Assembly (NCBI GenBank): GCA_951406725.2
Contig: OX597818.1
Coordinates: 82,026,001 to 82,090,000, forward strand
Origin: Octopus vulgaris
Lineage: Eukaryota
DNA length: 64,000 bases
Reading direction: 5' to 3'
Part shown: positions 53,017-64,000 of the stretch, piece after piece
How the letters are laid out: the number at the start of each line of letters is the position of its first letter
Numbering within the stretch: the stretch's first letter is position 1
Notes under the pieces: generated by a model
What the model saw: the letters and a program-made list of their open reading frames with translations, nothing else
The model's database searches: none
Told to the model about the DNA's origin: nothing
Position numbers and translations under genes: made by a program

Positions 53017-55277
53017 AATTTCAAATTCCTGAGACGGGAAACTTTAAAATAAACCATTGCTTAGATTAATGATCCGTTTAGTATTAATGTGAGTACAGGT
53101 AATGCTAAACTCTTCTTTAATTTATTGGATCAATATTCTCGAAAAATGCCATAGGTATAAGAATTTTAATGGGAATATTGAATTAAATTCCAAACATACA
53201 ACATTTTTTTCAGCAGAAATAGCAAATATTAATCATACACATCTTACACCGTTTTCTCTACCAATGTCTAACATTTCGTATAATTGGTTTAACCTTGTAC
53301 ATTGGTGCTGGGTTAATTGGTAATAATTTTCAACTCTATAATTTATGATCAAGCATGGCTCACTTTGGTTTCAGATTCAGTCTCACTGCGTGACACCGAG
53401 TATAACTGTCTCTTACTATAACCCCGGGCCGATCAAATCCTTGGATCCTTGTGAAGAACGTTGATAGATAAAAACTGAGAGAAGTCCGCCGTATGGAAAG
53501 AAAGCAGCTCCGATAACGGACAGTGTCAATAACTATTGAAGAGGTTGCAAGAAGCAACGAAAATGAGTGGAAATCGAACCGGTGGATGTGTTACCTAATA
53601 AGGCATTAAAACAGAATGATTCTCCCCAGACACAATAATATACACCCACCCACACACGCACACACATACACACACACACACATAGTTCAAACGTTAGATA
53701 GAGAAGGGACAAATAGACGAAAACTGGGCGAAAACGGGCCACTCGACTGCAGTAATAGCGGGAAGAGCCTTTAGGGGTTTAGTTGAATAAATCGACCCCA
53801 CTACTTATTTCTTAAAGCATGATACGTATTTTATCGGTATCTTTTGCCGAAATGCAAACTTACGAGGTTGTAAACAAACCAACACATATGTCTTTGTGTG
53901 TGCGTGTCTTTCTGCTTGTGTTCCTGCCCCACCGCACCTTGACAAACGGTTGCTTTGTTTAGCAGGTGTTATGAGAAACCGAGAGAATAAGAATTTCGCT
54001 CAAAAATTAAGTACTGGGGTTAATTTGTTCAATTAATCTCTTTACAGTGGTGCCCCAGTATGGCCGCAGTTTAATGAATGAAACAGGTAAACGATGAAGG
54101 ACATCGTCTTAGTTAAGAAAATATTAAAGTTTAACGAACCAGAATATGGAAATCGTCTGACAAGAATTGACGCGACATTTAATATCGCTTGTACCCGGGC
54201 GACACTGACACGGCACCTGCTTTGATCTTGAATGAGGCGGAGTATGCGGGCACAAGCGATGTTGAGGAAGAATATTGAGAAGAGTTAGAAAGACCTCAGT
54301 ATTATTGAAAGTTCCGAGTTTGGAAAGAAAGGTAAGAGGCTTAGCGCCTCATTTTGTTATTGAATTTTGTTATTGAATATTGTAAACAGTGTAGAGGTTT
54401 GTTGCCTCATGAACAATATTCAAGAGATCAATGTTCTCGGGAAAAATCTTTCGGCGGGCGTCGCTTTTCGTCCATTAACCATTATTTTTATTTTCATTTC
54501 ATATAACATTATGTCTACGTCCAGCCCGCAGCTTCTTTCCTCTGTGTAAGGTCTTATGGCCAATATAATGAAATAATGAATTGACGCGCCATTTCTTAAT
54601 TGCCATATCCTGTTAAAACAACACCAAAATGAGGAACACAGATTAGATAATAAATTACAAAGTGCCTTAATCTCGATTCAACATCTTCTGGCAGTCACGA
54701 TCGCAAATTTTAGAATAGCTGTAAATATAAAGTTAGATACAAGCGATATGATTATGCTAAGGTGGCTGTCTCGTGCGAGAGCAATATTAGATAGTATATA
54801 TGAGCGAAAACATCATACGTGTATGACAATGTGCGAAAGAAGGTAGAGTATCTGAATGTATGACAGTGCTAATCCCAATGCGTAAAATACTTGTGAGATA
54901 TTGAAGCTACTACACACTACATAAAATCAAATCTTTTGCGAGTTAACTTTAGATAATTTGACGACAATATAACCTGAAATGTGGAGTACCCCTCGTTGAG
55001 TAATTATCACTTCCGTGGTTCTGCTAGCTAGTGAATTATATGTAGTCTGGATTTTATCTGCTCTGTCCCTTCAATTCGGATTTTATTCGTATGCACAACA
55101 AGCCTTTTTGTTTATCGAACTTTGATATAGAAAGACTTCTACGCCAATGAATTACTATTGTTCCTGATATATGTTTTGTTACACTTTCTACGGTCTGGTG
55201 GGTGATTGCTAACTTCTTCATGATTGATACTTGGATTTTACATTCATATATATTGATATATATATATATATATATAT

Positions 55278-55680
55278 ATAAGGGTAAATAATTTTTTCGA
55301 TGGCTTTTCAGACAACCAACAATTATTTACTGGTAGATTTCGGTATGTAATTATGACCTTTAGCGGTGGGAACTTCTGTGGAGTTCAGTATATATAGTAT
55401 ATAAGTAAAAGGGCAGGCAACAGGTTGCTTTGTCGCATACCGAAAGAATTAGAAATAGCAGTCAGAGACTGTTTATTTCTATTTTCTACAAGTCGGGGCT
55501 CCATATACGACATAACCCTGCAATTCAAATATGCAAAATAGGAGGAGTAAATAAACGAAAACAATGTCTTACCGTTAATGGCGAACATGTTTCTAGATCG
55601 GAGACGAGAAATAGCCTCATGTCTTTCTTCAGCACGATCTTCGTTAGATTTATCAAATACCACCAGCGTGCCCTTTCACT
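55278..55680 (-). mobile_element. Short (TA)n-flanked pLTR-like element with a candidate long-stem-II hammerhead (55576-55635)
   Basis: Minus strand reads GTG-CTGAAGA-aagacatgag..ctcgtct..ta-GAAA-CATG-TT-CGC. Subterminal CGGTATG..ACCTTTAGCGGT motif. Confidence 0.55.
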
Positions 55681-56610
<930 letters not shown>

Positions 56611-57446
56611 CAAAACCAGGCTACATACGCTTAGTTCCTAGTTAGCACATACTCTGATGTAATAATTACTCAACACGAGGTACTAAACTAGCTTCCCACG
56701 ATTAGACTCTTGAATCGTATAATTACGCGCACGCACGCGCGCACACACACACACATATACATGTAACCACCATTACATATAGCATTAGTAGCAGAAGTAC
56801 TACCACCACCACCAGTACCACAACTATTAGCGAAAAGTAAACATGACTAACGTGACTATCACACAACGGCTACCGCCACGACAACAATAACTACAGCTGC
56901 ATAAACCCTTTAGTATCATAATTGGGTTCTTTCTTGTTAGTTTAGTTGTTCGTATCTGTACATCACTGTTCAAAACTTCTTTTTATTATTTGACATCAGA
57001 GTTTTCGCATTAGAAGGAAACAGAGGCTGAGAGTAAAACATAACGAAGATTTTAAAGAGTAAAGACGGAGAGGATATGCAAGCTGAGAGAAAGGGACAAA
57101 GATGGAATCTGGATGAAGTGATATATTAAGATAGAATCTGTAGAGAGATAGCGATATATCAAGTGAGAGTTAAATATAAAAAGACAGTTGCAAAAATTGA
57201 TTAATATGATGGCCTGGACTATAATTGCATACATATTTTTATATCTGTCTATAACTTTTATTTTCTTTGTTTCTGTTTCTTTCTCTTTGTTTCTCTCTCT
57301 CACTCTGCTTCCATCTCTTTCTCTTCCTGTGTCGTCTCTCCCTCTCTCTGCATATATGTGTGTGTGAATGGATGTAACTACAGATATATAGTATTAAGTT
57401 GATGCATAAACATCTATTTATGTATGTATGTATGTATGTATGTATG

Positions 57447-57477
<31 letters not shown>

Positions 57478-57590
57478 GCATGCATGTATGTATGTATCTC
57501 TCTATTTATCTATATGCCCGCCGTCTACCAATTTATATGTTTGTGTATCTATACGTATGTATACACATATACACACACATATATATACAT

Positions 57591-57626
<36 letters not shown>

Positions 57627-57907
57627 GTATATATGTATGCATGTATGTATGTATGTATGTATGTGTTTGTTTATATATATGTCTCTCTATTTATAGATTC
57701 TACCTCTGCTTCTCCCTTGCGCAACCCACAGCTTCACTGGCGAGAAAAGGAGATGCATGCAGACCTATAAACCTACAACTTACAGGCCTACAGACATAGA
57801 ATAAATAGTTAAGTCAACGGATAGATATATTACATAAGCACATAGACACACAAACACGCACACGCATACTCACACTGGTACACTCACGTATAGACAAACA
57901 CACACAC

Positions 57908-57951
<44 letters not shown>

Positions 57952-58217
57952 GCAAAATTTGTAAATTAAATCTTAGCCAGCGTTGTTGGCTGACCAAAAT
58001 AGAACGCTATAAAATGTCCACGCACGAGGATATCTCTCACTTCTTTACATCTTTCCATTATGAAATAATTAGCTGCCACCTTAGATCTTTCACGACCATT
58101 TAAAGTGCATTTCAGCGTGTGTGTATGGGGGAAGGCAGGGTGTATCATTGCTAGATGGCTGTTGTGGAGGATTCGTACCGAGTGTGCGAGAGGTAAGGCG
58201 CTATGATGCATAATACA

Positions 58218-58318
<101 letters not shown>

Positions 58319-58526
58319 CATACATACATACATACATACATACATACATACATACATACACACATACACACATACATACATATAGGGGTAAGCGTGGCTT
58401 TTGCTTCTAACTTTCAAGGTTCTGAGTTCAGTCCCAGTGCGTGGCACGATGTCGAAGTGTTTTCTCCTATAACCTCGAGTCGATCAAAGAATTCTAAGCG
58501 AATCAGGGAAACTGAAAGAAGCCCGT

Positions 58527-58602
<76 letters not shown>

Positions 58603-58721
58603 CCTACCTACCTACTTACCTATCTATCTATTTAATCTATATGGGCTAAATGTGGATTCTTAACAAATCTTTGTAGCAGGTAGGCGCCTTATCTACCCTT
58701 ATGTTTGATATATATGTATAT

Positions 58722-58941
58722 ACAGGGTGCCGTAAACGTAGGTTTACGGTTATCACGAAGGCACTTAATTTTTTTTAATCATTTCATTACATTTAAATTT
58801 CTATCTTAGAAACTGAAAAGGGAGCTTGACAAAATAGAATAATGGTTTCATATTTTTTTCATAATTAAGATTTAAACTGTTAATATATGAATGCGATAGA
58901 GATAGTTGAACAATTGTAAACCTACTTTTGGGCTAACCTGT
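58722..58941. mobile_element. Tc1/mariner-like MITE
   Basis: TA-CAGGGTGCCGTAAACGTAGGTTTAC ... GTAAACCTACTTTTGGGCTAACCTG imperfect TIRs. Confidence 0.6.
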
Positions 58942-59459
58942 TTGTGTGCGTGAATGTACTCACACACACACATGCACACACACACACACACACACACACA
59001 CGCATATATATATATATATATACATACACAAACGTGTGTGTGTATGCCTTTTAGTGTGTTTGACCTTCCCCACTGCTTGGCAACCAGTGTTGATTCGTTT
59101 ATGCTCCCGTAACATAGCGGTTTGGCAAAAGAGCTACCGATGAAAGAAGTACCAGTATACCAAAAAGAAATAAGTAAATGGTCCGACTATATCTTCCAGG
59201 TGAGGGCTCCGGTATGGCCGCACCCCATGCCTCAAACAAGTAAAAGATGTATATAAACTTGTTGCCAAGCTTTTATGTTGGGGAACACACAAACACACAG
59301 ATTCCCGTCCCCGTCATGTACACACGTATACAACTGGCGCTCTGTCGGTTTCGACGATCAATATTTCAGTTGATCCAATCAACGGAACAGTCTGCATGTG
59401 AAATTAAATGACAAGTGACTGAGCGCTCCACAGACACTCTTAAACTTAATGCAATGTGA

Positions 59460-59990
59460 CACGGAATATGAGACTTTGGGATCCAAAATTCTCTTCCTAT
59501 ATTCTTGTTCCACATCTGTACAGTCTCAACCAGCCTCTTCTGTCTTTGGGTTTTTTTGGGGTTTTTTCCAGATATTTTGAAAGTATCCATGAAGAGAAGG
59601 ATGTTGAGACGAGGCCCGTTCTTTCTCAGCTCATAATGCGCGTTGACATGCAGAATTACAGTAAGTAGAATCAAGGTTATAACAAATTACAAAGGCGAAC
59701 AAGAATCTCCTTGGAAGATGCCTCCTTTGATTGTTAGCTCGGTTAAGTGTTGTTTGTTACAGAAAAAGTGTGTTTATCAACTAGACACGCTCACTTTGGT
59801 TGGTGCACACACATTCTCAGCTATATCATACATCTCGACTATTTCCTGAATCCACAAACATATTATCATTTGAAAGTCCTATCCACGCCTTGCACAAAGG
59901 TTTTTGGTATCGTTTGTACTTCTTCATTACGACCTTTTCTATCATAAGATGCCTTTCGATCCTTTCCGGCGTCCCTTTTGTAGTACTGTA
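59460..59990 (-). pseudogene. R4/Dong-like LINE RT remnant
   Basis: LNILLFMDTFKISGKN...LVETVQMWNKNIGREF resembles the HLLFMDDLKLYGK..LV.TV..FS..IGMEF RT motif. GIFQGDS lies upstream on the minus strand at about 59704-59724. Confidence 0.7.
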
Positions 59991-60139
59991 AGTAGATTGT
60001 TTTTCGCAAGGATCGTATATATTTTCCTTGCGCGAATGCCGGTTGAAACTTTCCAGAAGAGTTTAAATTGAGTACTGGGGTCGATGTAATCGACTTAACC
60101 CTTCCCCCGAATTTCAGGCCTTCTCCTAGAGTAGAAAGG

Positions 60140-60183
<44 letters not shown>

Positions 60184-60193
60184 TATTATTAGT

Positions 60194-60267
<74 letters not shown>

Positions 60268-60272
60268 TATTA

Positions 60273-60343
<71 letters not shown>

Positions 60344-60364
60344 GTTGTTGTTGTTATTATTATA

Positions 60365-60690
60365 GACGTCGCACACCATACAATATCCCGAGGTTATTTA
60401 TTGAAGATATTGTGTCTACCAGGACTTTGCACTGTTTGTTCAAGTCACAACAAATACAGACAGTACTTTACGCAATATGCGTGCAGTTCCAATTAATGCT
60501 GACTTTTGCATCTAGATGGTAGGGTATTACTAAAGTTTTCAGAGGTTTTTTTCATACGGGAAAGTATTGAACCCAATGCTCCGATGACAAAAGCGATAAA
60601 CTTTATGTTCGACTCTCGGAGCTGCCACATCTTAGCGATCTAAATTCTCAGGTCTCAATATTTATGAATCTTTTCTCCAAGCAGTGTTAT
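60365..60690 (-). pseudogene. R4/Dong-like RLE 3' remnant next to (AAT)n
   Basis: Minus reading KYxDL..(R)MWQL....V....IGALGSI...QKSALIGTAHILRKVL. Confidence 0.6.
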
Positions 60691-60774
60691 TTTCTAGTCC
60701 TTGTGCCTATAGTAGAAATAATAATAATAATAATAATAATTATTATTATTGTTGTTGTTGTTGTTGTTGTTGTT

Positions 60775-61395
<621 letters not shown>

Positions 61396-61412
61396 CATTA
61401 TCATCATCATCA

Positions 61413-61482
<70 letters not shown>

Positions 61483-62036
61483 TACTATCATCATTATTAT
61501 AATTTTAGTATGGCATCAATTGTAGGCAGTGAACCGGCAGAGTCGTTTAAGCTTCGAATCTTTCGCTTTATTGTTTTTGTTCTCACACTGCACTCTGAAC
61601 TGTCATGCGGCTGAAGCCACCTCGCCGTTCACCATTTTCTAGTGGCTAAAACATACCAGTCGATGGTATTGAATTGACGGAATTGTAAGTTCATGGATCG
61701 GATTCCTTGCAGCTTGTATTCATTGTCTCAGAATTTTGAGTTGAAATGCCAACACGGCCTAGTTGGGTGATAGACATAATTTGTTGCACTATGGGTGTTT
61801 CAGTGTAGCCCACACTGTCGCGCGCATTAAAGACAGGTCATCTGTTAAGGAAACATCTTTCCGTCCTTTCTGTGTAGAGTTCATAACTTTCGTGGCTCAG
61901 TAAAACAGCAAAAAGTTTAAAACATTTCCGCCATTAATTAGAACAAAATCTTCCCCTTCTCTTCCTCCTACTGCTGCCACTGCAACTGGCGCTGCTGCAA
62001 CTACCGCTGCTGCTGCTGCCGCTGATTCTGTTACTG

Positions 62037-62083
<47 letters not shown>

Positions 62084-62099
62084 GTTACTGCTGCTGTTG

Positions 62100-62170
<71 letters not shown>

Positions 62171-62575
62171 GTTCCCGCTGTTGCTGCACGTCGTTTTGGC
62201 TTGGAGAATTAGTGTAACTCTCCGATATGGTTGAGATTTATGGTTTTGGCATTCAGCTCGAATGTCTTTTAGATCGTTGTCTGTCGTCGAGGAAAAAATG
62301 CATTCAACAAAAAGCAAAATGGAAGGCGGGAAAAGGATATTTCAATGGTTTGTAATTGTGCGTACGTGGTGGTATTGAGTACGGATGCGTTTTGGTGCGA
62401 TAATCTGGAGCGTGAAACAATGACGCGGTGACGTGATGAGGAGAATCGTGTGTGTCATGGGGACTTAGGGGAGGAGTGTTGGTGAAATGCGGTGAACTAC
62501 TTCGGAGGAAACAGTAGGAGCAGCTTTGTGGGGCTAAGAGTACTTTTGTGAGCTAGTCGTTGAATGACTTTCATC

Positions 62576-62616
<41 letters not shown>

Positions 62617-62916
62617 CTTCTTCTTCTTCTTCTTCTTCTTCATCGTCTTCTTCATCTTTACACTTCTTTTTTCTACTTCTTCATCTCCTTCGTCTCTTCC
62701 TCGTCCTGCCCTCTCCTTTCTTAATCTCCTTCATCTACTTCATGATCATCAACATCATCACCATCATCATCATCATCATCATCAACAGCATCATCATCAA
62801 CAGCATCATCATTAACAGCATCATCATCATCATCATCATCGTCACCATCATCTCATTCTGCTGCCGCTGCTTCTACTATTGCTGCAATTATCACCACTAC
62901 AACTACAACGATTAGA

Positions 62917-63002
<86 letters not shown>

Positions 63003-63774
63003 CACTACCATACAAATTTGTGACATTAATATTGTTGTTCGTATTTATCATTCTTAGTACAGTATTGGCATTATTATTCGTATTGATAATGACAGTATTA
63101 ATAATAATAATTGTATTATTAGTAGCAGCCTAGTTGCTCTTCTGTTTCATCTTTGTCGATAGTTTCCTTTTTACATTTTATTTGCTTTTGTCGTTTCTTG
63201 ATTTCATTTTTCCTCTTTCCATTTAAACAATTGGGGCATGTTTGATTAAATATTCCTTAAATATCTAGTCATGATTAAGCTAGAACAGACACAATTACTT
63301 TCATGTTAATCCAATATTTGCTGCTGTCGTTTTAATTCTCTAATAAAATTCATTTCTCCTCGAAAATTCCTGAGGATTCGATGGTGATGGAGCTGCGAAG
63401 GCAGTGATAGAGATGCGACGATTTTATTGGTGAAAGATTTGCAAATATTTTATCAAACTTGCGGAAATGATTTTGCGCTAAATTAAACGGTGCGTATTAG
63501 AGAAAGCGGACATACAAACACACAATACATAACAATACAGTCATACAAATCAAATATCTTCAAATGCATGTACACGTACGCATACACATACACACATACA
63601 AGCATACATAGATGACAACCCATGTCCAGAAAGGGAGAGTGCGCAGTGAGTTACACACATATTAACTCCCAAATATTAACGAGCAAATATCAATAAACAT
63701 CCGCATGCATATAATCATGTATCATATATTTAAAAGTACATAATATTTTTACAAGCTGCATGTGTTATATATAT

Positions 63775-64000
63775 TATATATATAAAATCCGTTCTGTCTG
63801 TCTGTGTGTGTGTCTTCTAGGATCTCGGGCATCTTCCATCCGATTGCGCTCAAAATTCAAATGTAGATACCGACGGTATTGGCGCGTGTATAAGTCTTGA
63901 AAAAATTACAAAACTCGATTCCAGGTGAGAATGCTATAGATAAAGCCGTGGGAACGTGCATTTGTACGCGCAAGTACATCAGCTGTTGCGATCGATACTA
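63775..64000 (+). mobile_element. Probable Helitron 5' end, runs off the window
   Basis: TATATAAAA..GTCTGTCTGTGTG...CA.CCGATT....AAA.T pattern parallels the Helitron 5' end at 20417-20520. Confidence 0.5.

Overview
AT-rich, microsatellite-dense eukaryotic DNA made almost entirely of transposons. The SINE families and the (TA)n/(CA)n/(AAT)n density suggest an octopus or other cephalopod genome (inference). No host protein-coding gene is securely identified; there is one candidate first exon at about 29.3-30.1 kb on the minus strand. Main elements: two related two-ORF Penelope-like retroelements (PLE1, minus, 1-9483, with direct and inverted pseudo-LTRs; PLE2, plus, 45241-49890, with inverted termini), fragments of Naiad-type GIY-YIG PLEs, a near-complete frameshifted Helitron (20417-26535), R4/Dong-like LINE remnants, Tc1/mariner remnants and many tRNA-derived SINEs. 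The most notable signal is about 16 type I hammerhead ribozyme motifs, found by eye, in PLE pseudo-LTRs and in many short (200-800 bp) (TA)n-embedded, often fold-back elements. They carry three Watson-Crick versions of the core 3-8 tertiary pair (C-G, U-A, G-C). Both large PLEs also have a TTTTTAG exactly 28 nt before the RT ATG. It could be a splice acceptor that pairs with a donor in the pLTR, skipping the ribozyme and ORF1, or a -1 frameshift site. Most ORFs in the supplied track are microsatellite artefacts. Coordinates were read by eye and may be off by a few bases.
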